From contig CAZVNP010000012.1 of assembly GCA_964628285.1 (NCBI GenBank), forward strand, positions 726 through 64,725: a stretch of DNA of 64,000 bases, given 5' to 3'. Below, in pieces: positions 1 through 9,344 of the stretch. The notes beneath the pieces were generated by a model. It had not been told where the DNA came from and did no database searches. It saw nothing but the letters and a program-made list of their open reading frames with translations. The DNA is from an uncultured Lentimicrobiaceae bacterium (lineage in GTDB: Bacteria > Bacteroidota > Bacteroidia > Bacteroidales > JAGONC01). A program made the position numbers and the translations under genes. Numbering within the stretch: position 1 is the stretch's first letter; every line of letters starts with the position of its first letter.

Positions 1-1
1 A

Positions 2-784
2 TATAACGATTGCAGGCCTGATACCATGACGCGAATTATAGGAGTTTGCGAATCACCTGAGGCAGATTTCGATTATACATGCAGTCAAATGAAAATCACC
101 TTTCAGAATTTATCTGTCCATTATGATTCCTGTGTCTGGGATTTTGGTGATGGAAGCGGATCGGTACTCCGGGAACCGGAACATATATTTCCGGCAGAAG
201 GCAATTATAATGTCACGTTGATGGTGATGCGTTATTGTGTGGATGACACACTCACCGATGAACAGATGAAACAAATAGTTTTTCCATGTTCCCCCATGGC
301 AATCTTTAGTTATGAAATAAATGAAATGGAGGTAACTTTTAAGAATAACTCAACGAATGCCACCTCTTTTTCGTGGGATTTTGGCGATGGTATAACGTCG
401 GAAGAGATGGAGCCCATTCATACGTATGAAGAAGTCGGTGATTACGAGGTTCAGCTGATAGCCAAAAATGATCATGGATCGGATACGGCACAGTCATTAA
501 TCAATGTGACATTGGTTCCGGGATTGACCGGTGATCATTCAATCATAGTGTATCCCAATCCGGTAAGGAATGTTCTGACAGTAAAGATCATGGGCCATAG
601 CGGAGAGGCACATAGGCTTGAGCTTTATAATTCTTACGGGCAGTGCATTAAAAACAAAATCATCAGGGTTGAAAATGCAATGACCATTGAATCCTTTGAT
701 ATGTCGATTGAACCGGCAGGTTGTTACTATCTGAGGATCACCGGCGCGGATCATTTATATTCAGGAAAAATCATTCATGAGTAA
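2..784 (+). CDS. PKD-repeat secreted protein with T9SS C-terminal sorting domain (5' end probably cut by the window edge)
   Basis: The frame is open from nt 2, with no stop before the ATG at 26. The first residues (GVCESPEADFDY) match the Cys-x-x-P-x-A-x-F linker seen between PKD modules in the next gene. Two PKD-like modules carry WDFGDG motifs (CVWDFGDGS, FSWDFGDGI). The C-terminus IIVYPNPVRNVLTVKI...GCYYLRI...KIIHE is a typical type-A T9SS CTD. Confidence 0.8.
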   Translation, partial: YNDCRPDTMTRIIGVCESPEADFDYTCSQMKITFQNLSVHYDSCVWDFGDGSGSVLREPEHIFPAEGNYNVTLMVMRYCVDDTLTDEQMKQIVFPCSPMAIFSYEINEMEVTFKNNSTNATSFSWDFGDGITSEEMEPIHTYEEVGDYEVQLIAKNDHGSDTAQSLINVTLVPGLTGDHSIIVYPNPVRNVLTVKIMGHSGEAHRLELYNSYGQCIKNKIIRVENAMTIESFDMSIEPAGCYYLRITGADHLYSGKIIHE

Positions 785-2843
785 GGCAAAAATTCAATTA
801 TTTAAGATAAATATGACGCATCGTTTTTACTATCCCTTGTTTTTGGCAATTTTACTATTAATTTGCTGCAAACTCTCTTTAGGTCAGACTACTCTCGTTT
901 TACAACCGGGGGCTGAAGATGGGAAAGATGCCCATTTATCAAATTTAAGCCCTAATGTCAATGGTGGAGACCGTGATGAAAATACTGCTATGGCCTGGAC
1001 CAATCAGGGTGTTCCTTTTATTCTTAGGGCACTAATTGAATTCGATTTATCATCCATCCCCCAGGGTGCCAATATTTTAAGCGCGTATCTTTCACTATAT
1101 AATAATCCCGATGCTTCAGCCAACAATGGTCAACATTCTTCACTATCCGGCCCCAATACAAGTTTAATTTCACGCATTACGGAGGAATGGTATGAACATA
1201 CTGTGACATGGAATAATCAACCGGCAATTACCACCTTGCACCAAGTGACATTGCCTCAATCGGTGAGTCCTCATCAGGATTATGAAAATATCGATGTCAC
1301 GCAACTGGTAAAAGACATGATTGAAAATCCTGAGACAGGTCACGGCTTCATGTTACATCTGGTGACCGAACAATTGTACAGATGCATGACGTTTGCATCA
1401 AGTGACTATTATAATGCCAGTAAACATCCCAAATTAGTTATCACTTATTTGTATCATGATGTAATTGCCGATTTTCGTTATGATTCCAATACCCTCGATG
1501 TCGATTTTACAAATCTTTCGGTTAATGCCACAAATTACCAATGGGACCTGGGTGATGGAACCATTTCTTTCGATGAGAATCCTGTGCATCTTTATGATGA
1601 TTATGGGGATTATGATGTGACACTGATTGCCAGTAATCAGTTTGATTCGGATGCGGTGACCAAGACCATTCATTTGTGCAAAAAACCGACGGCCGATTTC
1701 AATTATCTGGTGACCGGCATGACTGTCCATTTTACCAACCAATCGGGGGATGCATCATCCTATTCATGGGATTTTGGCGATGGAATGATCTCAACCAGTC
1801 AAAACCCGGTTCACATCTATCAAAATAATGGCGTTTATAGTGTGAAACTGATAGCTTTTAGTACCTGTGGGACCGATACAGCGAGTGTGATACTGACACT
1901 GTGCACCCTGCCTACCGCCGGATTTTATTTTGCTAACAATGATCTTTCCGTTTCATTTTTTAACAACTCCATACATTGTGATTACTGCTCATGGGATTTC
2001 GGGGATGGAGCAGGATCCACTCTTACAAATCCGATATATCATTACAATGGTTACGGCGAATACAATGTGATGCTGATTGTATACAATTCATGCGGTACAG
2101 ATACGTCCATCACAACTATTAATATATGCCGGGGACCGCAGGCATATTTTGATTTTCAGATTGTCGATCTCACGGTTTACCTGACGGGGCATTCAAATGA
2201 CTCATCATCTTATTTGTGGGATTTCGGTGACGGGATAACATCGGCACTTACCAGCCCGGTCCACACTTATCAGGTTAATGGAGAATACAATATCACATTA
2301 GTTGTTTCAAACGCTTGCGGCAGCGATACGGTCAGTGCCCTGTTAGGTATATGCCCCTTGCCTGTAGCCGGATTTCAGTATATAAACGATTCACTTACAG
2401 TTACTTTTAACAACGCATCACTGAACAGTGACTGGTTTTTGTGGGAGTTTGGTGATGGTTCCGGCTCAACGATAAAAGACCCTGTTCATCACTATGAATT
2501 GAGTGATTTTTACCAGGTGGTTCTTGTGGCAGGGAACGGGTGCGGTACCGATACAACCAGGGTTAATCTTCATGTCAAACCTTCAGGTTACATCCAGGAT
2601 ATTGTTATTTACCCAAATCCTGTGGGGGAAAAACTTACCATAAAGATCATGAACTTTAAAGGCGAAGATCTGCTATTTGAGCTTTATAATTCATTGGGAC
2701 AAATAATAACTGACTTTTTTATTCATGTTGTAGAAAAGCTGACACTTGAATATCTGGATATGTCCCATTTACAGCCAGGTTGTTATGACCTCAAAATAAT
2801 TGGAAGGGATTATATGACGACCAAAAAAGTCATTCACAAATAA
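777..2843 (+). CDS. Secreted protein: DNRLRE/CBM96-like N-terminal domain, five PKD modules, T9SS CTD
   Basis: 688-aa ORF. The signal-like segment MTHRFYYPLFLAILLLICC suggests an alternative start at 813; the start at 777 overlaps the upstream stop as ATGAGTAA. The N-domain LQPGAEDGKDAHL...RALIEFDLSSIPQGANILSAYLSLYNN...TVTWNNQP fits the DNRLRE-type pattern (FDLS-ip-ga-I-sA-L-Ly). There are five W(D/E)(F/L)GDG PKD modules. The CTD reads IVIYPNPVGEKLTIKI...GCYDLKI. Confidence 0.85.
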   Translation: MSKAKIQLFKINMTHRFYYPLFLAILLLICCKLSLGQTTLVLQPGAEDGKDAHLSNLSPNVNGGDRDENTAMAWTNQGVPFILRALIEFDLSSIPQGANILSAYLSLYNNPDASANNGQHSSLSGPNTSLISRITEEWYEHTVTWNNQPAITTLHQVTLPQSVSPHQDYENIDVTQLVKDMIENPETGHGFMLHLVTEQLYRCMTFASSDYYNASKHPKLVITYLYHDVIADFRYDSNTLDVDFTNLSVNATNYQWDLGDGTISFDENPVHLYDDYGDYDVTLIASNQFDSDAVTKTIHLCKKPTADFNYLVTGMTVHFTNQSGDASSYSWDFGDGMISTSQNPVHIYQNNGVYSVKLIAFSTCGTDTASVILTLCTLPTAGFYFANNDLSVSFFNNSIHCDYCSWDFGDGAGSTLTNPIYHYNGYGEYNVMLIVYNSCGTDTSITTINICRGPQAYFDFQIVDLTVYLTGHSNDSSSYLWDFGDGITSALTSPVHTYQVNGEYNITLVVSNACGSDTVSALLGICPLPVAGFQYINDSLTVTFNNASLNSDWFLWEFGDGSGSTIKDPVHHYELSDFYQVVLVAGNGCGTDTTRVNLHVKPSGYIQDIVIYPNPVGEKLTIKIMNFKGEDLLFELYNSLGQIITDFFIHVVEKLTLEYLDMSHLQPGCYDLKIIGRDYMTTKKVIHK
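1461..2576 (+). repeat. In-frame tandem array of five PKD-like modules, about 75 aa (225 nt) period
   Basis: Module boundaries fall at aa 229, 301, 376, 451, 526 and 600 of the 688-aa protein. Modules 2 to 5 start with C-x-x-P-x-A-x-F. Each of the five modules contains W-D/E-F/L-G-D-G, ends near C-G-T/S-D-T, and differs from the others at most other positions. Confidence 0.8.
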
Positions 2844-2854
2844 AATTTATTAAA

Positions 2855-3946
2855 ATGAAAAACATACATTTTTCTTCACTTTTCTTACTGATTATACTTT
2901 TATATATCAGTGATGTCTCATTATCACAGTCTACATTAATTTTACAACCTGGCGCTGAGGATGGTAAGGATGCCCACTTATCCAGTTTAAGCCCAAATAC
3001 AAATGCCGGCGATCGTGATGAGAATACGGCCATGGCTTGGACCAATCAAGGAGTACCTTTTATTTTAAGAGCTGTGATTGAATTTAATTTAACATCTATT
3101 CCCCAAGGATCTCTTGTTGAAAGTGCCTATCTTTCTTTATACAACAATCCTGACGCATCGGCCAATAATGGTGAGCATTCCTCCCTGTCTGGTCCTAACA
3201 CCTGCTGGCTTTTACGCATCACGGAAGAATGGGATGAACATACTGTAACATGGAATAATCAACCTGCCACAACCTGGTTACACCAGGTTACATTACATAA
3301 GGAGATTAGTCCGCACCACGATTATGAAAACATCAATGTTACGCAGCTCATACAGGATATGGTCGATGATCCCGAAACAGGTCATGGATTCCTATTCCGG
3401 CTTATAACAGAACAACTTTACAGATGTATGACTTTTGGCTCAAGCGATTGTGCCGATTCAACACTCCATCCCAAATTGGTTGTGACTTACTTCCCCGCCT
3501 CATCCATCTACTCTTTAAAAGATATAAATGATAACAGGTCTTTTAATGGACAATTCGGAAATAGCTCCTCTTTTATTAGTAAAATGGTAATGGCAGATCC
3601 ATATGGTCTTGAAAATGATTTGAATAGTTATCGTCAATATAACAATAAAAAGGTGATTCTGGATGCCGGTAATTTGGCATTGATTGCTGATTTGCCTGAC
3701 AACCAATTTATTTCGGTTTACCCAAATCCTGTCAGGGATAGAATCTATATCAAAATAACTGGCTATCAGAAAGAATCTATCCATTGCCAATTATTAAATG
3801 CCAATGGTCAACTCCTCAGGGAGGCTGAATTACCAGTGAATGATTGTATATCCGAATTGAATGTCACGGATCTTCAACGTGGTATCTATTTTCTTTCGAT
3901 CATAAGTCATGGACATTCGTATATCCGAAAAGTGATACTGTTTTGA
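2855..3946 (+). CDS. Secreted DNRLRE/CBM96-like domain protein with T9SS CTD (paralog of 777..2843 without the PKD array)
   Basis: 363-aa ORF with signal peptide MKNIHFSSLFLLIILLYISDVSLSQ. The N-domain is about 80 percent identical by eye to that of the previous gene (LQPGAEDGKDAHLSSLSPN...ITEEWDEHTVTWNNQP...LYRCMTF). The CTD reads ISVYPNPVRDRIYIKI...GIYFLSI. Confidence 0.85.
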   Translation: MKNIHFSSLFLLIILLYISDVSLSQSTLILQPGAEDGKDAHLSSLSPNTNAGDRDENTAMAWTNQGVPFILRAVIEFNLTSIPQGSLVESAYLSLYNNPDASANNGEHSSLSGPNTCWLLRITEEWDEHTVTWNNQPATTWLHQVTLHKEISPHHDYENINVTQLIQDMVDDPETGHGFLFRLITEQLYRCMTFGSSDCADSTLHPKLVVTYFPASSIYSLKDINDNRSFNGQFGNSSSFISKMVMADPYGLENDLNSYRQYNNKKVILDAGNLALIADLPDNQFISVYPNPVRDRIYIKITGYQKESIHCQLLNANGQLLREAELPVNDCISELNVTDLQRGIYFLSIISHGHSYIRKVILF

Positions 3947-4140
3947 GCGGGTAGTTTTTTGCATGACGAGGACCGGCAGATATCTTATAAATGAGGGAAA
4001 AGGCATCACAGCATTATTTTCATCTTGCCGCTCAGGGCCTTACGAAAGAGCAGGCCCGCAAGATCTTTGAATATTTCAAAACCCTGCAATAAGGTTCATT
4101 GTTCTTTGCCGCATATCACAATGGCAGTCACTGATAACAA

Positions 4141-7100
4141 TCAGTTCCCGGGTATTCCGGCTTTGTTGATTTTTCGGTTATTCCAGTAAGCCAAAGCGGA
4201 GACCACGGCCACCAAGGCAATGGTATAATACACAAAAACGGGAACGGGTGCAGGCTCACCACTGGCATAGGAGTGAAGACCGGAAAGATAATAGTTGACG
4301 CCGAAGTATGTCATCAGCACCGAGCTGAAACCCAGCAGAGCGGCAAAATTGAATGCGAACCTTCCCTTCAGGCCGGGGATCAGCCGCAGATGTGTGATAA
4401 ACGCATAGACCAGGACCGTTATCAGTGCCCACGTTTCTTTCGGATCCCAGCCCCAGTATCTTCCCCATGACTCATTAGCCCACACGGCACCCAGGAAAGT
4501 CCCTATGGTGACCAGTATCAAACCAATGATGAGGTTGATCTCATTGATGTTGGTGAGCTCCTCAATGGTCATCCTCATCCTGTCACTGTTCTTTTCATTT
4601 TGAAAGATCATTAGTACCAGGTTTATAAAGCCGAGCAGGGCACCGATGGCAAGGAAGCTGTAACTGGCCGTGATCACGGCCACATGGATCACCAGCCAGA
4701 ATGATTTCAATACGGGTACCAGGTTGGTGATCTCAGGATCCATCCAGCTCATGTCGGCGACCATCAGTGTCAACGAGGCCAGGAGGGCAGTGACAGCCAG
4801 CGTCATCCTGGATTGCCCGGCAAATATGAGGCCCGAAAGAACGATGCCCCAGGAGATGTAAATCATGGTTTCATAACCGTCACTCCAAGGTGCATGTCCC
4901 GATATGTACCAGCGGAGTGCCAGCCCTATCGTTTGAAAGATAAAGGCAATGACAATCAGCGGCGTAAGTATATTTATCGTCACTTTTAACCGCCCCTTGC
5001 GACCCAGAATGTTAATGAACAACAGGATAAGTAACAGGAATCCGAGCAGGCCGTAAACCGGGAAAAGGCGCTTGAAAATATTAACCCGGTTATAAAAGAT
5101 CTCTGCGTTGATCCTGGTTTGGGAGGGCATCACCACCCGTCCGTATTTCTGCTGGAAAAGTTGTATATACTTGAGATTCTGATCTGCCGTCTCCCATTTT
5201 CCTGATTTGATGGCCTCATCGACAGAGGCGTAATAGAATGGCAGTATGTTCTTCACAAAGTTCACTTCGGTGGTGTCGAAATTTTTTTCGGCGTCGATAT
5301 CAGAATACCAGGCGTTGTTCAAATCACCGGGTTTGGGGAATATCTTCAGGATGGAGCCCGAGTAGACCATGTAACAGATGTTCAGCCGCTCATCCACTTT
5401 AATGATATCCTTATCGAAAGCTGTCCGTGAGGCCGGTTTTTTATTGTAGGCTTCATCCACGTACCCTGCAATCTTGTAACGTCCCTGGTGTTGTAAATCG
5501 AAAAAGTCATTGAAAGAGGCATATTTACTTTCCACCCCGATGAGCTTGCGCAATACAGGATCAGAGACCCTGATCATGGGGACCTTCTGCCATATCGTCA
5601 CGTCGGTGACCATGCCCAGGATGACCTGGTCAGGATTCAGCCCGAACAGGGCATCTTTGCGGCTGACTTTGTGCAGGATCTCCGATGACAGTGTGTTGAC
5701 GGGTTTGATGCGGCCCTCCTGATCCTGGACAAGCAACTCACCAAAGGCTTTCGCATGATCCTTATCCACGGATTGCTGCAGGGCTGTCTGAACGGCCTCC
5801 TGTGCCGGGGCCCGGGATGAGAAACCGCATAGTAAAATAAACACCAGCACGGCAACGACACCGGCACTTTTTTTTCGGATGACGGAAGTCTTCCTGATGA
5901 GATCCCTGAAACGGCTCTTGCGTGTGAAAAGGTTGAGGATAAGACCGAGGGTGAGAAAAAAGTAACCGGCATAACTGACCAATGTCCCCCAGAAATCATG
6001 GTTGACCGACAGGATGGTGCCTTTTTCATCCTTGTCGTACGACGATTGGTAAAACCGGTATCCTTCGTAACTAAGCACATTATTCATATATATCCGGCGA
6101 TCTTCTTCCAGATTGATCCGCGGATCGATGAGTGTTACTTCACTTTCGAATGAGGAAGGACTCATCGAACCGGGGTAACGTTCCAGCTTGAAATCACGCA
6201 GCCTGAGCGAGAAAGGGAGCCGGATGAACCGGGGGCCGTAAGCGACGGTGAAGGTGACTCCCCCGATGTTCGTCGAAACAGGTTCCGGCGGTGTATCCTC
6301 AGGCTCAAAAACGTCGATTTCTTTGGTGATACCCTGGTATTGAAGGTTCATCACGACAGCATTCCTGAGATTATGCTCCATATCGGAAGGAGCCTGTACC
6401 AGTTTGATTTTTCTTTTGGCATATAGTGCCCTGACGACAAAACTCATCCCATTTAGTGAATATAATGAGCGGGCCTGCAGGGGATGCTGTACGCCAGGGG
6501 CTAATGTATCCACGGTTCCGTGGACCATTGTCATTGCAATGACAGGTGCCGGAGCAATAAAGGTGAAAAGGCTGTCATGGTATTGAAATTCAATCAGGGA
6601 GGTGTCGTTCTGCAACCGGTTAAATCCGATCCAGTAATTTCCGAGAGGGATACTGTCGCCGGGCTGTATGAAGTATGTCCTGCGGCGCGCTGAATCGACG
6701 GTAATGAGTGAGATGACCGGTCCGCCGTCGGGATCCTCAACCGCACTGTGTCCGGCATTCGGGATATAGTTGACCACCTCCAACCGGCACCTTTTCGATC
6801 CAAAAGGGATCTGCTCTGAGACAGAATGGTATAAGGAACGGTGGAAGTTCACTTTTTTATCCTGATGATACATATCCTGTCCGTCACGGATGGTTACCTG
6901 AAGGTAATTGATAGTACCTATGGCATGGTTGGAGGTCTCACCTTCACGGATGCTCATGGTGCCTTCATAGCCGAAGAAGCGTGTGATGGCACCGCCGGCC
7001 AGTATCAACACAAATGCGAGGTGTGAGACCAGCACCAGCCATTTCTTTCTCTGGATCAGCTTATAACGTACCACATTGCCGGTGAGGCTGACAGCCAGCA

Positions 7101-7266
7101 CAAAAAGGAGCACCTCAAGCCAGACGGATTTATATACCAGCGCGTTGGCAAAAGCTGTCCCATAGTCATTTTCAATGAATGTCGCCACAGCTATCGAAAC
7201 GGCAAACACCAACAGCAGGGATACGGCAAACTGTATGGAGAAGAAAAAATCGGTGATTTTTTTCAT
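4141..7266 (-). CDS. ccsBA: Fused cytochrome c biogenesis protein CcsBA (ResB-like N-terminal half plus CcsA heme-handling C-terminal half)
   Basis: 1041-aa polytopic ORF. The ResB-like part contains RLRDFKLERYPGSMSPSSFESEV. The CcsA tryptophan-rich WWD motif WGRYWGWDPKETWAL lies near the C-terminus. Confidence 0.85.
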   Translation of the reverse strand: MKKITDFFFSIQFAVSLLLVFAVSIAVATFIENDYGTAFANALVYKSVWLEVLLFVLAVSLTGNVVRYKLIQRKKWLVLVSHLAFVLILAGGAITRFFGYEGTMSIREGETSNHAIGTINYLQVTIRDGQDMYHQDKKVNFHRSLYHSVSEQIPFGSKRCRLEVVNYIPNAGHSAVEDPDGGPVISLITVDSARRRTYFIQPGDSIPLGNYWIGFNRLQNDTSLIEFQYHDSLFTFIAPAPVIAMTMVHGTVDTLAPGVQHPLQARSLYSLNGMSFVVRALYAKRKIKLVQAPSDMEHNLRNAVVMNLQYQGITKEIDVFEPEDTPPEPVSTNIGGVTFTVAYGPRFIRLPFSLRLRDFKLERYPGSMSPSSFESEVTLIDPRINLEEDRRIYMNNVLSYEGYRFYQSSYDKDEKGTILSVNHDFWGTLVSYAGYFFLTLGLILNLFTRKSRFRDLIRKTSVIRKKSAGVVAVLVFILLCGFSSRAPAQEAVQTALQQSVDKDHAKAFGELLVQDQEGRIKPVNTLSSEILHKVSRKDALFGLNPDQVILGMVTDVTIWQKVPMIRVSDPVLRKLIGVESKYASFNDFFDLQHQGRYKIAGYVDEAYNKKPASRTAFDKDIIKVDERLNICYMVYSGSILKIFPKPGDLNNAWYSDIDAEKNFDTTEVNFVKNILPFYYASVDEAIKSGKWETADQNLKYIQLFQQKYGRVVMPSQTRINAEIFYNRVNIFKRLFPVYGLLGFLLLILLFINILGRKGRLKVTINILTPLIVIAFIFQTIGLALRWYISGHAPWSDGYETMIYISWGIVLSGLIFAGQSRMTLAVTALLASLTLMVADMSWMDPEITNLVPVLKSFWLVIHVAVITASYSFLAIGALLGFINLVLMIFQNEKNSDRMRMTIEELTNINEINLIIGLILVTIGTFLGAVWANESWGRYWGWDPKETWALITVLVYAFITHLRLIPGLKGRFAFNFAALLGFSSVLMTYFGVNYYLSGLHSYASGEPAPVPVFVYYTIALVAVVSALAYWNNRKINKAGIPGN

Positions 7267-7300
7267 CGGAAATTTTTTAGGAAATGGAGAAATGAGCGGG

Positions 7301-7308
7301 CAAAGTTA
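7301..7308 (-). promoter_or_regulatory. Putative Bacteroidota -7 promoter box (TAnnTTTG)
   Basis: TAACTTTG on the minus strand, 34 nt upstream of the ccsBA ATG at 7266. Confidence 0.35.
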
Positions 7309-7327
7309 AAAATATTTACATCTTTTT

Positions 7328-8140
7328 TCACCAGCTTCCGCCGGCGCCACCACCTCCAAATGATCCTCCCCCGAAGCCGCCGAAGCCCCCGCCGCCTCCA
7401 CTGAAGCCTCCAAAGCCACCGCCGGAGGTGAACTTATCCCAGCTGCCATGATGACTCTGGCTTTGTCCCATGCCGCCAAGCAGAAACAGCGTTGTCCAGA
7501 AGGGAAGGCTTTTACCGACATGATGCGAGGATTGTGTGCGGCTGGCACGCATAAGGAATAAGACCAGAACAATAACCATGATCGGGATAAAGGGAACTAT
7601 CGGTGAGCCGGATGTCTTTTTGCGGTATTGCGCAGCCGTGAATTCTTTCGTTGCCAGCCCCATAATGACGGTGGTCCCTTTATCGAGGCCATTAAAATAA
7701 TGGTCCTCTTTGAATGCCGGTATCATCTCATACTGAATGATCCTTTCACATATGGCATCCGGTATGGCGGCCTCGAGGCCGTAACCGGTGGCAATGAAAA
7801 CCCTGCCCTGTGATGGACCCTTCTTCGGCTTGACAAGAATGACCACACCATTGTCAAATCCTTTCCGGCCAACACCCCATTGTTGTCCAATCTCATATGC
7901 CAGAGATGATATATCGTATCCATAAAGCGAATCGACAATAATCACGGCGATCTGTGTCGAGGTGGTGTCATCGAAGCTCACCAGCCTGCGCTCGAGGGCA
8001 TTTCTCTCATCAGGTTTGAGCAAACCTGCCAGATCATTGACCAGGTGTGGGGGAGAGGGTCGTTCCGGTATCTCCTGGCTTGAGGCGACATGGACAAATA
8101 ATAACAGGATAACGAAGAAAAAGGTAAATAGGGGATGCAT
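7328..8140 (-). CDS. TPM-domain protein (YgcG-like) with signal peptide, C-terminal TM segments and a glycine-rich tail
   Basis: The ORF runs 7328..8212. The signal peptide MHPLFTFFFVILLLFVHVASS begins at the internal ATG at 8140, which I take as the likely start. The TPM-like core contains VNDLAGLL...ERRLVSFDDTTSTQIAVIIVDSL. The tail is GGGFGGFSGGGGGFGGFGGGSFGGGGAGGSW. Confidence 0.75.
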   Translation of the reverse strand: MHPLFTFFFVILLLFVHVASSQEIPERPSPPHLVNDLAGLLKPDERNALERRLVSFDDTTSTQIAVIIVDSLYGYDISSLAYEIGQQWGVGRKGFDNGVVILVKPKKGPSQGRVFIATGYGLEAAIPDAICERIIQYEMIPAFKEDHYFNGLDKGTTVIMGLATKEFTAAQYRKKTSGSPIVPFIPIMVIVLVLFLMRASRTQSSHHVGKSLPFWTTLFLLGGMGQSQSHHGSWDKFTSGGGFGGFSGGGGGFGGFGGGSFGGGGAGGSW

Positions 8141-8234
8141 TTTTCTCGGGTACCACGAAGGATGTGCACCCGTATAAAAAATTATATCGTGTTTGCTTAC
8201 AGGATTAGGCATGGATAATTTTTATTTCTGGTGA

Positions 8235-8681
8235 TTATTCTTTTCCAAACGACAGGTCATCAGGAAGTTCATTGACATCGTCCCGGTGGTAAGGAAAAAA
8301 AGTTTTAAGCTGTTCACCTGCCATCATGATACCTTTTATTATACCCCCGGCATAGTCACTTTTTTTAAAATGCTCCTGCATCTCTTCTTTAATCTGATCC
8401 CAGAAACCGGGAGGTACCAGCTTATTTATTCCGGAGTCACCGATAATGGCAAATTTATGATCCCTGACAGCCAGGTAAAACAACACGCCGTTTCTTACCC
8501 GGGTTTTCTGCATGCCCAGTTTTCCGAATAAATATGCCGCCCGGTCGAGGACATCACCATAACAGTCGTTCTCCAGATGAACACGTATCTCACCGGAGGT
8601 CTTATGTTCAGCCTTGCCGATGGCTTCGGTGATGGCCTGCTGCTCTTTTTTTGTGAAGAAATTTCGTGCGTTGGTGCCCAT
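8235..8681 (-). CDS. TPM-domain protein (DUF477-like, no signal peptide)
   Basis: 148-aa ORF. FFTKKEQQAITEAIGKAEHKTSGEIRVHLE...GVLFYLAVRDHKFAIIGDSGI is the usual pattern of the second TPM gene in LemA-TPM-TPM clusters. Its start abuts the lemA stop (8681/8682). Confidence 0.7.
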   Translation of the reverse strand: MGTNARNFFTKKEQQAITEAIGKAEHKTSGEIRVHLENDCYGDVLDRAAYLFGKLGMQKTRVRNGVLFYLAVRDHKFAIIGDSGINKLVPPGFWDQIKEEMQEHFKKSDYAGGIIKGIMMAGEQLKTFFPYHRDDVNELPDDLSFGKE

Positions 8682-9299
8682 TTAAAATTCCACTTTTGGG
8701 GGTTCCTCGGCACCCGGTTTTGATTCAAAGTAAGCTTTTCTTTCAAACCCGAACATGCCGGCAAAAAGATTTCTCGGGAATTTTCTGATGGCCGTGTTAT
8801 AGCCCTGCGCCACTTCGTTGAATTTCCGCCTTTCCACCGTTATTCTGTTTTCAGTGCCTTCGAGCTGTGCCTGCAATTCAAGAAAATTCTGATTGGCTTT
8901 CAGTTCGGGATAGCGTTCCACCACTACCATTAACCGTGAGAGGGCGGAACCCAGGTTGTCCTGGATCTGCTGGAATTGCTCCAGCGACTGGCTGTTGAGG
9001 TTTTGCGGTGTGATGTTGACAGATGTGGCCTTAGCACGGGCTTCAATAACGTCGGTCAGGGTCTTCTGCTCAAAGTTGGCATAGCCTTTCACCGTGTTCA
9101 CAAGATTCGGGATAAGATCGGCACGCCGCTGATAAACGTTTTCGACCTGAGACCATTGCGAATTAACCGCTTCTTCGCGTTTCACCATACCGTTATACAG
9201 AGCCGAAACATAAGCCACGACGAGCAGGACAATGAGAAAAACGGCTATGATAACACCCCATCTGCGATAGGACCTTGTTTTATTTTGATTTTCATCCAT
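8682..9299 (-). CDS. lemA: LemA family protein
   Basis: 205 aa with an N-terminal TM segment. The family-typical motifs are YNGMVKREEAVNSQWSQVENVYQRRADLIPNLV and RYPELKANQNFLELQAQLEGTENRI. Confidence 0.85.
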   Translation of the reverse strand: MDENQNKTRSYRRWGVIIAVFLIVLLVVAYVSALYNGMVKREEAVNSQWSQVENVYQRRADLIPNLVNTVKGYANFEQKTLTDVIEARAKATSVNITPQNLNSQSLEQFQQIQDNLGSALSRLMVVVERYPELKANQNFLELQAQLEGTENRITVERRKFNEVAQGYNTAIRKFPRNLFAGMFGFERKAYFESKPGAEEPPKVEF

Positions 9300-9344
9300 G
9301 GGATTGGTTTTAATGATAAAAGTGATAATTACCGGTCATGGCGG

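Noticed and set aside
26-3946. Diversity-generating retroelement or other hypervariation mechanism acting on the PKD/DNRLRE genes.
   Set aside because: There is no reverse transcriptase and no template/variable repeat pair with adenine-specific differences. The differences between paralogs are spread as ordinary, mostly synonymous divergence.
3947-4140. Possible small gene or terminator in the 194-nt convergent gap. It contains a 33-codon ATG ORF and an interrupted GGGCC...GGCCC stem.
   Set aside because: The ORF has no supporting features. The stem has a 13-nt loop, an asymmetric bulge and no T-tract.
5637-6080. Same-strand alternative-frame ORFs inside ccsBA (147 aa) and inside the OmpA-like gene (17832..18302, 156 aa).
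   Set aside because: They overlap completely with longer ORFs that carry family motifs. Their translations are Arg/Ser/Pro-rich and low in complexity.
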